Of a DNA stretch of 64,000 bases, positions 23,701-34,648 are shown piece by piece. The stretch comes from Zancudomyces culisetae HAW-14-8 (taxonomy: Eukaryota; Fungi; Kickxellomycota): assembly GCA_052426225.1 (NCBI GenBank), contig JBNJNM010000011.1, positions 3,534,001 to 3,598,000 of the forward strand, in the 5' to 3' direction. The translations under genes and the position numbers were made by a program. The first letter of the stretch is position 1. Each line of letters begins with the position of its first letter. The notes under the pieces are model-generated. The model searched no databases, was not told the origin of the DNA, and saw only the letters and a list, made by a program, of their open reading frames with translations.

Positions 23701-24214
23701 CACTTATCTTGTTGATTTCACTTGTTTCATCCAACCATCCAGATATCACTTCACTTTCTATTGTCTCTTGTAGCTCTCTTGGACGTTTACTGTTTTTTCT
23801 CTTTAGCCCCTCATTCGGAAGATCTATTTTAGTCATTTCACTAATGTCTCCTAGTCCCATATCTATTCTCATTCCAAGTTCCATCTCTGAAATTTCCGGT
23901 GTTACCACCATCCTCTCTCCAAACTCAAGCCCATTGTTTGCCTGCCCCAATGCCTGCATTACACTTTCTACCAACAGCTTGTGTTCAATATCCTCACCAT
24001 CTCCATTCATCTCCAGCTCCCCTCCAAGCTCTATGTCCTCACTTACCCCCATTCCGCGATCAAATGCCAATTGTCCCAAAATATCTTCATTTATCAGGGT
24101 TAGATCTTCTATTTTCAGCTCCTCATGCTCCTGCGTATGCTTCATATTCGTTATCATATCCTTCACCCCCTCAAAATCGAACAGTATTTCTTTGATCCCC
24201 TCAAAATCTTGCAT
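20771..24214 (-). CDS. Putative nuclear protein with two tandem copies of a conserved fungal domain (DUF8032-like)
   Basis: 1147-aa ORF. Two internal repeats of IRxD...VYPRA...RWxYExxCNxxxWxLAxLN...LQxxVDxYR. Acidic N-terminus, Lys-rich NLS-like runs, polyQ and NP repeats. Confidence 0.8.
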   Translation of the reverse strand: MQDFEGIKEILFDFEGVKDMITNMKHTQEHEELKIEDLTLINEDILGQLAFDRGMGVSEDIELGGELEMNGDGEDIEHKLLVESVMQALGQANNGLEFGERMVVTPEISEMELGMRIDMGLGDISEMTKIDLPNEGLKRKNSKRPRELQETIESEVISGWLDETSEINKISDGEKEKKRKKKEGKRGENMITGLIMDAEHIEDLDTMVDIPKWLQDVLSKGEQIQEIEPVDLGFDLSQNLNLANFGIEEMLLGPVKKEGAKVYQESDVEDMKDMGEVEETEEMKTRSELDSKMDEYSEDEELNRGPTSFIGEDGIPYLSFSYTVKGRLQRHTIRRDVDKVKISEIPETFRLRNCVYPRAHCSFGNYSGNRWKYETECNDYGWRLAFLNQEKLAEKRGMLQRAVDSYRNLMFGRKNRRTSKQMKLMQPEYVIGGGNDVESSAAEEKTRGSKIKAKVKGKGKSKDKSKAKGKNKDAVEKMKLDVGVKGQVIGDNSDMGGNGDSDNGVGADKDRTKEDSLASAFRQRFLPANLQHVTETFHTSSDLQPKMLLVDVFSHSRFNTIRIKADIAQVTYDVPKSFIDAHALYPRASGKSKERYGPLALGRWAFEVSCNEIAWKLAWLNKPRLTNRQTILQKCVDAYRWRVSSPPVSALQCLAHTPEVHSDLLFLTLWVPRWGRRQLLSRIYPDNTQSSAVDTPLSNNTNLKPNINTNTQIALNPNPNPNPNPPTNSASNPSLNPNIVSTSLAESISKTNLKKKLPKPKSTKTLSTKKLKKSPEPLPLPANTNSISSSDSTPAPAPAPDLSNNPANTLLNSNLLSILSNPIHHQNFLMLLNSLTPSSNNTPQNYQQQSQHLLLQHLLLLQQHQQLQQLQQQQQQQQPDLKKVAKKKKKSEQSQSSSILTKNTIYSKVEKSSSKPVRKTKLKKSANSAGSINLAMTSAPQNPLATVPIVRIPSPSSLSPPTITTNVSKTTTIAVNNTCSSSSVGNNTGPVDMGQPSVKPIISIKPKPPHPFPAHTSILPSTSTVNTHMNANHTSTSNPTPNPNPNPNPNSNANTLPLSALSPSSESKIAKHAASIIADALLRQFTNNNLLAANPNISSNTNPTTTTTTTTATSNPSTASTPASSLNTEDGASASVSKSTRKGSINL

Positions 24215-25749
24215 TTTTTCTTCTTTTTGTGTGTGTTTATAACCTATTATTTATTTTTAGAAAATGTCATCAAATTCACATTATTTACTCCCCTTTTCTC
24301 ATTTTGACATTTATTCTCTTCTTTCTTTATTAAAAAAAGCGTGTATACTCAAGTATAACTCCCCGAAATACCACAATGACGCTTACACTATGTCGTTTTT
24401 CATCAGTCGTTTTCTAGATCTTTTGTTTCTCGATATTGTATTCCAAAGACATTAGGCCTGTTATTCAAATCGATGCACCTATTTTTTCGCCTGTATCTCC
24501 CAAGTTTTTCGTGTTTCAGCCCTTTTTTCTTGTTTTCTAGTGATTTTTAGTTTTATGCGGCATGCACACCTTTACATTTGTTGTATTACTTTTCTTAGCC
24601 TCCGTTCTTCATATATTATTTGCAGATGCAAAAAATTAAAATAAAAAAAATTTTTTTTTAACAGGTGGGTGATTCTTTTTGTTCAAATAATCAAAGTGAT
24701 TCAATTTAACTCCAAGCTACAATCATACACTCGTTATATAATAATCACAAATTTTTTTAATTAGTCGCATAATTACGGAAAAATTTTTTTTTCACGCTAA
24801 TTTCTGGTTGTCAGTAACATCACTCCGCTTCGCTTTCGTAACAAATTGGGGGTGTGGGAAAAAATCAATGGAATAGCTGGTTATTATAATCTCGATTTGC
24901 ATTAACTACTTATATCTTTAATAGATCTTTTATTTTTATTTTTGCAACTTCCAAACCATCTGTGTTGGTTGGACAGGATAACCTTTAACTCAAGTGATAG
25001 CTTTTCCTTCGTTGCTACCTCCTACTATAATAGTTTATTCAACTGTAGGTGCTAGATTTGTGCGTGGCATCTAGTTAAACTAAAAAAAGCCTCAGATAAG
25101 ACTTGACCTGATGAGATGGGGTTTCTTTTGGTCGGTATCTGTGCTGAATCTAGCAGCTATAATTACTCTACTAACTATAAAAAAAACTATTCAACTAAAT
25201 AAAAAAGTATGCAGTCAATATGTATAGTGCATATTGAGCATATATCCAGTTTAGCCATTACAAAAAAAAGTATATTTTGTAGCTACTAAAATCCGCCCCA
25301 TCCTCCTCCCACACCATCATCTTATAGATTTTTTTCCATATTTCTCTCTTATATTTTCCAAAGATATGTATATTTGTATCTGTACTTTAGAAAGACCAAA
25401 AGTTTTATAGCAGTGACAATATAGAGGGTAGGTATAAGTATTTTAAACTCCCATAAACGCTCAAAAGCCTGTTTATTTTGTCTGTGGCTTTATAGTGTTT
25501 TGGTAATTTCCCAATTTTAGGTGCCAAATAATCCAAGTAAAAAAAAATTTTCGCGGGATTTGTAGTTGTTTTTTGCAATCAAACAACCTTAAACTAAACA
25601 ATACGAAATCGCCCTTTTAAAAGACAAAAACTTGTTCAATAAACATAATAATACGATTAAAGCCGAAAAAATAAATATTAGAAATTCGCACTGAACAAAC
25701 AAGTATACATATAAATCTTCTCAGAATAGAATCCATACATAAATACATC

Positions 25750-26347
25750 ATGTCGGACAGCACTAAAGTATCTCCTCAAATCTTGAACGAATTTAACCGA
25801 TTTAAGCAGGAATTGCAGAGCTTTGCTACGAAAATTGGCGAATTAGAAGTTGATGCTGAAGAACATCGGTAAGTATACATGCCCTTTTTTCTCTTTGACT
25901 TTTTTTTTGCAATGAGGGAGGATGTGGAAGATTAGAAATAAGATAATAAAAATAAGTTGGTGATGTTGAGTTAATAACATTCTAATTGCGGTGTTTGCCT
26001 GATTTTACAGATTAGTGATTGAAACCATCGAACCACTAGATTCAGATAGAAAATGCTTTCGATTAATTAATGGTGTTTTGGTTGAACGCACAGTAAAAGA
26101 GGTTTTGCCCAGTTTGAAATCCAACCTAGAACAAGTAAATGTCTTTATTTATTTTTTCCATCACATTACTTTACATTTATGCCGTTTAACCCACACATAA
26201 TAATACTTCTTGCTTCCAATCCTAACTTTAACTAAATCTGGATGCCTGTAGATCAAAAGGGTTATCGAATCTATTACTCAACAGTACAAAAAATGCCAAA
26301 AGGACTTTGTAGAATTTAAAGAAAAAAATAAAATCCAAACAAACTAA
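25750..26347 (+). CDS. GIM4: Prefoldin subunit 2 (3 exons)
   Basis: Exons 25750-25868, 26011-26134, 26252-26347 give MSDSTK...KIGELEVDAEEHRLVIETIEPLDSDRKCFRLINGVLVERTVKEVLPSL...KNKIQTN*. Confidence 0.93.
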
Positions 26348-26375
26348 TACTCCTTTCTTTTCCTCATTGATCGGT

Positions 26376-26445
26376 CAAACTCAACCCAATTCAACTCAGT
26401 CCAACCCAATTCAACCCAACTAAATCCAATCCAATACAATCCAAT
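26376..26445. repeat. Degenerate pentamer satellite (CAAYY)n just 3' of the prefoldin gene
   Basis: caaactcaacccaattcaactcagtccaacccaattcaacccaactaaatccaatccaatacaatccaat read directly. Confidence 0.75.
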
Positions 26446-27048
26446 ATTTTTTTTCTATCACTGCCCTGCTATATACCATCTTTTTTTTCCTATTGTATCT
26501 TGTCACTACGCGCGCTTTGAAAGGATAAACCTAATAGTGCGTCTTTAAGAAAGCGAACTTGGTTCTAGCAAATTCATCCCGATCATAGTTTGTTACCAGT
26601 ATTACCATTTATACATCATCATGGCTACATAACATTTTGTTATGAGTTCTTTTTTAATTATATTTGTGTTTTGCTTTAAGATGACCACCTCGGTTATAAA
26701 TAAACACATCAAATGTTGTAGAATATAATTTCTAGCCCTCAAACTGTTCCAGCTTCTCTTGCCCACTACTTGAATTGGTTTTTTATTTTTACCCTTTACT
26801 TACTTCTGAACTAGGTACATTATATAATTTACTTTATTTAAACATCAAAATGTCGTAAAAAGGAAAGGGGTTTTTTTTTATTTTGCAAAAAATAAAGTTA
26901 ACATGCTGTGAATCAATTGTGTATGGAGTTTATGAGATAATTACAGTTTCTCAAGTCACCTTTTCTCCTTGGTTGTTAAACCCTCATGCTAAAGAAAAGA
27001 ATTAAAGGATGCCTCATGTTAGAAACCATAGAACTGTGTGGTATTTAT

Positions 27049-27873
27049 TTAGAATAGACCCATGTCGTAACCTCCCATACTTCCTCCGCTTCCTGAGCCG
27101 GATCCACTTCCGCTTCCTGGGGTGTATGAACCAGCTCCTGAGCCTGAGCCTGAACCAGAGCCGGATCCGCTTCCACTTCCACTTCCTGATCCTGATCCTG
27201 AGCTGTATGAACCAGCTCCCCAGCCTGATCCTGATCCTGAGCCTGGGCCAGAGCCGGATCCACTTCCACTTCCACTTCCACTTCCTGATCCTGAGCTGTA
27301 TGAACCAGCTCCCCAACCTGAACCTGAGCCTGGGCCAGAGCCGGATCCGCTTCCACTTCCACTTCCACTTCCTGATCCTGAGCTGTATGAACCAGCTCCC
27401 CAACCTGAACCTGAGCCTGGGCCAGAGCCGGATCCGCTTCCACTTCCACTTCCACTTCCGCTTCCTGATCCTGGAGTGTATGAGCCAGCTCCCCAGCCTG
27501 AACCTGATCCTGAACCTGATCCTGATCCAGCGCTGTATGCACCGCTACTTGGTGGAGCTGGTTCTGGTACAGATGCGTATATTCCTCCGTTGAAACCATC
27601 TCCATCAGGGCCTTGGATATGGCTTGGGTTCTTGTTGTATGTGTATTTCACATCATGGTATGGGTCAATGCACTTGTATATTGTACATACGATTCCCAAC
27701 TCGAGACAAATACACTTGTTACATCCATCAGGGTTGTTGAATATACCATTTCCGTGCACCTTCAAGCAGTTGGCATAGTTGTAGCTTGGTCCAGCAGGAC
27801 AGCCGGTGGTATCCAATGCGAATGTTGATGATGCGTACAAGCTAGCTAATGACAGGAGTGTGACAAACTTCAT
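27049..27873 (-). CDS. Secreted protein: pacifastin-like Cys domain plus Gly/Ser silk-like repeat tail
   Basis: Signal peptide [19 protein letters not shown], then C-x14[18 protein letters not shown], then (GS)n blocks punctuated by (W)GAGSY. TATA-like TTTATATAAA at 27987-27996. Confidence 0.85.
   Translation of the reverse strand: MKFVTLLSLASLYASSTFALDTTGCPAGPSYNYANCLKVHGNGIFNNPDGCNKCICLELGIVCTIYKCIDPYHDVKYTYNKNPSHIQGPDGDGFNGGIYASVPEPAPPSSGAYSAGSGSGSGSGSGWGAGSYTPGSGSGSGSGSGSGSGSGPGSGSGWGAGSYSSGSGSGSGSGSGSGSGPGSGSGWGAGSYSSGSGSGSGSGSGSGSGPGSGSGSGWGAGSYSSGSGSGSGSGSGSGSGSGSGSGAGSYTPGSGSGSGSGSGGSMGGYDMGLF
27085..27535 (-). repeat. Five 81-93 bp coding repeats built from GS hexamers
   Basis: Unit anchors at 27117, 27198, 27291, 27378 and 27471 (spacing 81/93/87/93 bp, differing by multiples of 6). 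Confidence 0.9.
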
Positions 27874-30567
27874 TTTTCTTTTTTGCAGATTGTTTTAAAA
27901 TGTATGATTAAGACTAATATTTGGGGGTTGAGAAAGATTTTATCTCTTTTTTTCCTTGCTTTGGTTTCTTTACTAATGTAAACCTCTTTATATAAACCAA
28001 AATGAAATGGGATTTGTACTAGTGAACCTGAAATAAATAAAGTACTTTGGCGATTTTTATATTAACTCGGTCGTTTTATACATCGTAACAATGCTGAGAA
28101 GGAAGTATTTGTGTCTACCACTTGTTTTTTAGCTTTTCTATAAACTGTCTCACTTTGACACAGGCTATTTTTTCAATTATTAATTTTATTGCTTTAATAA
28201 CAACTTGTCATTTGTACACCCTCCTCCCCCAGCCTATAACCACATTCACAGCTATAGCCCACAACCACATCTCCATCCATATCCGCATCCACATCTGTAC
28301 TTCCCCCCATTTATTTTTATTTTTTGGTTTTAACTAAAGTTAAATTAATATTAAAGCAAGATGGTGGCAATATTAACATAATATTGACAAGCCAATGTTA
28401 AAGACGATAAAGAGGTTTATTTTTGTGTATATTATTATTTGCGGTTCATGGTTTCTATTTTCTATGCATTACTCCTTTGTAGCAAAAATGTGCTGTTTCA
28501 CCTTGTACCAATGGTTCACATCTTTTAAAAGAGTGATAATAGCACTAACAATAATAATTAATTAAACCAGCCAAAGACCAAGCAGGTGTATAAAAAAAAG
28601 TAGTAATGATGATACGAAAAATAAGAACACTAAAAAGGTAGTATGAACGCTGATCCTAACAAATCTTTCATGTGGTATTTTTTTTGTAAAACAAACTAGC
28701 AAGTCATAAGCAAACTGCTTTTGTCTTATTAGCTGAAGATATTTTGTGTGTATTTCAAAAAAAAAAAAAAAAAACCTGGAGAAATCCAGCGAATGGATAT
28801 TGGATAGATTATATCATTATATCGTATATACCTGTTCCACTAATCCTTTAGTTAAATCCCCCCCCCCCGCATTCTCAAGCTATACTATTTAGTTATTTGC
28901 ACCGCGTTGTTTTAATAAAACTTTTCATTCGCTCTTTTTGGTTTAATCCTCTTGTAGTCAGGATAGTGATAATAAAACTGCAATATGAACTCGAAAAACT
29001 GATTTGTTATACTTGGATAAACCATATTTCCGTTCTGCTGCTAACCCACACATTTTCCTATCTGAAATATCGAAGTAAAACAGATACAACAAAGCGAGCT
29101 ATTTTTTGGTTCGTCTCCACTTTCCACAGCTTGGCTGCTGGCCATTTGAATTAAAGATTTCAATTTTGAACTCTGTCGGGTAAGTATTCTTTATTTTATT
29201 TATTTTTAGTTTAGGAATGGAAAAGGAGTGCAGGTAAGGAGATTTCCAGAACTACTTTGTGATTTTTATAAATTAGTGAATACCTATACTCATGGTAGGC
29301 TAATGATGTATTAGTTGATGTTCAGCTAAATAGAAAGCATATCCTAAAAGTAGCTTTGTGCACCAGGCTTTACCAAAGTTAGAAATGCTCTTAGATCCCC
29401 AACTATTGTCTTTAAGATGTTTGTTTTTTGTTTTTTTTTTGAAAAATGTTGTGTTTATTGGTTGCGCAAGCTTGATTCTTTGAACCAAAATGCCTTGTGA
29501 TATCACAACAAATATCCAGATAATGCTTGACCACAAATTCTTTACTTTTGTTGTGTTAAAATGTACCAACAAATGTATATATGTCAATATTAAAAGTATT
29601 ACCAGTTTAGTCTGGTGATATATCTGGCTTGTAATATTCTACAATATTATGAGTTTAGTTGTACATATTACATTTAATGATATGATATTTGATGCATCTT
29701 TCTTTATGATATAATACACCTTTGATATTACTTGAAAGTATTTGAACAAGATTTTTAATTCTTGAAAGTGAGTACAAGAAAGAGATTGGTCTAGTTGGAT
29801 CGAAAGTTTGTCTATATCTCTTTGTAGCTAAATATTCTTAAGATAAAAGATAAATGTACAGCTTAAGTCAGCTGACTATTTGGATACAAAGTACACTATC
29901 TACATACCACGTTATATAACATAGCTTTCAGTTGACGGGCACAAAAGCTCTCTAAATTGGATGATACATATCAAGAACACCAAAAGTTTTGCTAAACTTT
30001 TTATCGACTAATTTTTTTTTCAACACAAGCACAAGAATGTTTTGTGTGTTTACTTGCCAATTTTCAAACAGACAAGTAAGCGGATAATAGCCCTTTGAAT
30101 ATTGAATTCAGTTTACTTAGCTCTCCTCTCAATATGCATAAGCTTCCACCCTCCCCTTTTTTTTTTGTAAACAAAGTTAAAGGGGCTAATCACAAAGAAC
30201 CAGACTGCAGAACATTGAAATTGATGCAAAAAAAAGGAGCTAATCATGTGATGGGAATTCCTGATGAAAGTCATGCACGATGTTACCAAACACCTCTTTT
30301 TTTCACAGATTATAGGCAAATAGGAGAAAATTGGTTTTTTTTGCACTTGAATAACCTGCATTTAGACCCGCTATGTTTATAGTGTTTAATTCACTTGTGG
30401 TCCAGATTTCGGGCCTTTAATCCTACGCAGATACCAAGAAAATACTTTTAACATTAATAATTCCCAGTGAAATAATATTTGCATTGGAACAATTACCGTA
30501 AATAAAATACCGCAAAAATAACTATTGTCATTTGGGTGTCACATGCGGTAGTAATAAGAGAACACAA

Positions 30568-33500
30568 ATGGATAAATACGAAATAACAAAAGAGAGCGAC
30601 AGCAAAAAGACAGGAGAGAGCGACAGTGATCACGAATTGGAAATAAATAGCCTAGAGAGTGTACATTTAGAAGAAAACACCGCATTTGAACAAAGTAATG
30701 CAATTGAAATGAGCAAACCTACAGCGAATAACTCCAAGGGACACGACGACGCCAAGGAAGGTCACAACTTGGCCCAAGATATAGATAGGCAAAAATTCAA
30801 TACTGACAAACACCAATCAATAATAGACATAAACAATGACGATGTAGGGTATTTATCTGGTGGCTTAGGAGATGTCCGCAACAATATTGGCAAATCGGAT
30901 AGCCGAAATAGGAGATTAGATACCCTGCTGAGCATTGAGATGAATTCTAACAGTGACGAGGGTTCAGGCAACGGAGATAGGTCGTTGAAAAATGCAGGAC
31001 CGCTTGGGAAAATCAGGCTGGTGGCACCCACACTATCTACTCGAAGACAGAGACGCAGTACTGGGCACCCTTCCATAAAAACTCTTTTGTCGCGAAATGA
31101 GGGGACCCAAGGGGGTATAGACAACAGTGGGACAGATAATAACATGAACTCCATAGAAAATAGCGACAGAGAATTTGAAAACATGAACTTAGGGGGGTTG
31201 GACGCAATAAAAGAAATTAATGAAGTCCATTCCGAAGAGCAAGTTGAAAGCGATGAAAGTATTGCACAAAGCGGGGAGTCAGAGCCACCGCCATCGCTTT
31301 TAGTAGAAAATGCAGACCTAGAAAGAAACAAAAGAAGTATTCATAGGTTTAAAAGAAAACAAACAAGCAAGAGACATTTAAACGCCGGACATACAGAGGG
31401 GCTATACGGAAATAGAGCCTCTCCAAGAAATCTTGAGGTGGATAGAGTAAGAGGAAGAAGACTACAGGGTAGTAGAATTGGATTTGGAAGAGAGAATACT
31501 CTAGGCACTGAGTATGAATACTTGGATCCTGGGTTTTCAGGAGCTACACCATCTAGAAGTTATAGATTTTCCAATGTTGAGCGGGGCAGAGAAAGTATGG
31601 ATAGAATATACGAACAGGATGACACTGCGCCGCTTATTGGTACCTCTGTAAAGAAAAATAAAAGGGGAAGGGAACAAGGAAAGGAAAAGAGAAAAAACAA
31701 CAAAAACGAACAAGCCTATCTTCAAAGAGCGTTGCGGGATTGGAGATCGCAAAAGCTTTTGGATGAATTCTTGGCAAGAGTTTACGAGTACTATCTAATG
31801 AAGGGAATCAGAAATATAATACTATGTCGACTATTGAATTTTATAGTTCTTTTGTTTGTTGTATTCATGGCTTCCTTCTTGGTGGGTTGTGTTGATCACA
31901 AAAGATTACGACATGAAAAAAGCCTGAAAGAGGTAATAATACCCCAGTGCTATAGCAAGTTTCCAAGCTGGGCCAAGGGTCTTTTATACGCGTTTGGTGC
32001 AATATGGATTGGAATGTTTTTGAAAATGTGCAGCAGTATCGCGAGTTATATTGAAATGCACAAATTTTTTACCGAGGCATTGGAGATTGAGCAGGCGGAT
32101 ATGGACACAGTCACGTGGAACGAGATTGTAGATAGATTGGTGAATCTGAGAAATGCAGAGATAAAATACAAAGCTAAAAACAGGAAGGGAGGTGGGTTGA
32201 TGCAGACGAGGCTTCAGTCTATGCAGCTTGACGCGCATATAATTGCCAATCGAATAATGCGGAGAGAAAACTACATGTTGGCGCTGATAAACAATAAAGT
32301 AGTTGAATTCGAGGTTCCAGTTGGGCCACTAAGGGTAATCCTTCCGGAAAACACTGCTGGTGAGCGAGGACTACGTATATATACCAAGGTGATGGAGTGG
32401 AACTTTTTCTTTATAGTTATGAATTATATCTTTGACGAAAATAACAGGTTAAGGAGCCGGTTTTTGAAAGCGAGCAACAGATACATCTTGAGCGAGGGGT
32501 TAAGAAGGCGGTTTGTATTTATGGGTGTTGTCAATCTGCTTTTATGTCCACTGATAGTTATCTTTCTGCTATGCTACTCATTTTTCAAATATTTTGAGCA
32601 CTTTTACAGCGAGCCAGCAAGTATAATGTCCAGAGAATTCACACCACGCGCCAAGTTGGAGTTTCAAAACTACAATGAGCTTCCACATGCCTTTGAGAGG
32701 AGGATTGCTGCTGCCACCTCTAAATCAAATATTTATTTGAACCAGTTTCCCAACCACATGGTGCTAATCCTAGCCAGATTTGTCGGCTTTGTTTGTGGTT
32801 CAGTGATGGCAGTTTTGATACTCTTTACTGTTGTGGATAACGAACTTAGTTTGGAGTTTGAAATTACAAAAAACAAAACCGTATTGTTTTATTTGGGTCT
32901 TCTTGGTGCCATAGTGGCAGGGTGTAGAACTGTTTCCAACAAATCGTCACCGACATATGCTAACAATTACACAAGGGTTCATCCTGCTTGGATTTTAAGG
33001 GATGTTCTTGAGGACCTGCAATATATTCCCGAATCTTGGCAAAACAGGCTACATACTACCTGGGTTAAGTCACAATTTTTGGGATTATTCGACTTGAAAG
33101 TCGTGGTATTTCTACATGAAATTCTTGGCATATTTACAACTCCATTTGTTCTGATGACTTCATTATCCCGATCCTCTATACATATAATTGACTTTTTTAG
33201 AGAAAATACGAAAACTTTGGACAAGGTGGGTTTTGTTTGTAAGTATGCAGATTTTGAGCTTGTTGACTTAAACAACTCGATGCAAAGATCATCTAGATCT
33301 TCTCTTTCCAAAAAAGGAAATATGCTAAAGAGTAGGATATTTGATGAAGTCGGAAATAATGCCAAAATGGAGATGTCTTTCTTGCAATTTAAATCTGAAT
33401 ATCCGACATGGATGCCACAAAATGATCAATCTGTTGCCTTTCTGGGTGCAGCACAGGAAGTTGAAGCTGAGATAATGCGCGAGAGGGAGTCTTTTATGTT

Positions 33501-33930
33501 TGAGAGGCCACTTCCAAACCTTGCCGGCGATGTTTCTACTCATCTTCCCTATTACGAAAAGAATAACTTTGCCAATAAATACTCTGACCGGATCAGACTG
33601 AACCAGTCCATTCTTCCATCAGGTGCCTCTATTGTTCTTCCAAACCCTGTACCCAAAAACAAGACTGGTCATAAACTTCCTGAAGGCTCCTCTCCTCATA
33701 AAGGCTCCATAAGAAATCGAGCGTCCAACAAATATGAAGCCAACCAATCTAAGCTTTTCCTAAGCGACCTTCCCCTAGTCAATTCGCAATATGACCCCAA
33801 CAACGGTGAGGCTAGTTTGAATAACTCGATATACATTCCCAACAATTCGACCAAGGCGAACTTCTTCAATTACTTCTCTCCGGGTATTTTCTCAGTCGTA
33901 AACAAACTCAACAGTAAAAACATTTTTTAG
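30568..33930 (+). CDS. ATG9: Autophagy lipid scramblase Atg9
   Basis: ATG 30568. Motifs LDEFLARVYEYY..KG, LDAHIIANRIMRRENY, LRRRF..MG..NL, YNELPHAFERR, YLNQFP, VG.VCKYADF and KMEMSFLQF. Confidence 0.95.
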   Translation: MDKYEITKESDSKKTGESDSDHELEINSLESVHLEENTAFEQSNAIEMSKPTANNSKGHDDAKEGHNLAQDIDRQKFNTDKHQSIIDINNDDVGYLSGGLGDVRNNIGKSDSRNRRLDTLLSIEMNSNSDEGSGNGDRSLKNAGPLGKIRLVAPTLSTRRQRRSTGHPSIKTLLSRNEGTQGGIDNSGTDNNMNSIENSDREFENMNLGGLDAIKEINEVHSEEQVESDESIAQSGESEPPPSLLVENADLERNKRSIHRFKRKQTSKRHLNAGHTEGLYGNRASPRNLEVDRVRGRRLQGSRIGFGRENTLGTEYEYLDPGFSGATPSRSYRFSNVERGRESMDRIYEQDDTAPLIGTSVKKNKRGREQGKEKRKNNKNEQAYLQRALRDWRSQKLLDEFLARVYEYYLMKGIRNIILCRLLNFIVLLFVVFMASFLVGCVDHKRLRHEKSLKEVIIPQCYSKFPSWAKGLLYAFGAIWIGMFLKMCSSIASYIEMHKFFTEALEIEQADMDTVTWNEIVDRLVNLRNAEIKYKAKNRKGGGLMQTRLQSMQLDAHIIANRIMRRENYMLALINNKVVEFEVPVGPLRVILPENTAGERGLRIYTKVMEWNFFFIVMNYIFDENNRLRSRFLKASNRYILSEGLRRRFVFMGVVNLLLCPLIVIFLLCYSFFKYFEHFYSEPASIMSREFTPRAKLEFQNYNELPHAFERRIAAATSKSNIYLNQFPNHMVLILARFVGFVCGSVMAVLILFTVVDNELSLEFEITKNKTVLFYLGLLGAIVAGCRTVSNKSSPTYANNYTRVHPAWILRDVLEDLQYIPESWQNRLHTTWVKSQFLGLFDLKVVVFLHEILGIFTTPFVLMTSLSRSSIHIIDFFRENTKTLDKVGFVCKYADFELVDLNNSMQRSSRSSLSKKGNMLKSRIFDEVGNNAKMEMSFLQFKSEYPTWMPQNDQSVAFLGAAQEVEAEIMRERESFMFERPLPNLAGDVSTHLPYYEKNNFANKYSDRIRLNQSILPSGASIVLPNPVPKNKTGHKLPEGSSPHKGSIRNRASNKYEANQSKLFLSDLPLVNSQYDPNNGEASLNNSIYIPNNSTKANFFNYFSPGIFSVVNKLNSKNIF

Positions 33931-34648
33931 CTTGGAATTATGACTGGACTAGACAGGCTGCTCCGATTGGTTTTTATTTTTATTTTTGTCTATTCAAGAT
34001 CTACGCTACGCTCTGAAACATTCCGATAGCGCCCGTATTTTTTGATAGAATACAAGAATACAAGAATACGAGAATACATAAAGAGGATCAGAAAGATGCC
34101 TTGTAAAAGGTGCAAGCACTTGTCTGTGCAGCAAATGGCAAAAGACGATGTATAAAGTCGTATAAACGTTCTTTTTGCGTCTGTATTTTGTTCCCGTTAA
34201 CACATGGGCCCTAGCATTTGGGTTTCTGATTTTTTATGCTTTATGCTTTATGCTCTAGCATTGTGTTTGTTTGTTTGGAGAGGTGGGGGTAAGGAATGGA
34301 GGCTTGGGCACTCTTTGACCAAGTGGCTATTCGTTTTCTTTTTGCATAAAAGCCTTCTTTTTTATTTACATATCAACGTTTTGATACCAGTGTTTTTTTT
34401 TCTACTTTCTCAGCTCTTTATTTGCCAATTAATCGCTATTTGATTTATTAATTTACCTAAATTTGACAATTTACAAACGTTATCGACTTGTTTGATTTGT
34501 AGCCTTTTGCAGAAATCAAAGAAATAAATAGTTAACAAGCAAACTACAACTCTCTTTTTTCTCAACTTTGAAAACGTTATTTTCCCTCGTAGTCGGTGTA
34601 AACAAGTGTAAAACTAACATAAACCCGTACAAAGTACAATATATCAGC

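Noticed and set aside
23433-24242. 269-aa Ser/Ile/Phe-rich + strand ORF and similar antisense ORFs in TAF1, ATG9 and Tea4-like
   Set aside because: Mirror frames of purine-rich acidic coding strands.
25108-25125. CTGATGAG hammerhead core
   Set aside because: No stem II or GAAA partner follows.
27009-27778. Overlapping ORFs reading PEPEP, EVEVE/QDQ and WKWK
   Set aside because: Alternative frames of the GS hexamer repeat. Only the 27873 frame has a signal peptide and Cys domain.
28606-28653. Box C (ATGATGA) ... box D (CTGA) pair
   Set aside because: Only about 48 nt, no terminal stem, and rRNA complementarity too short to be convincing.
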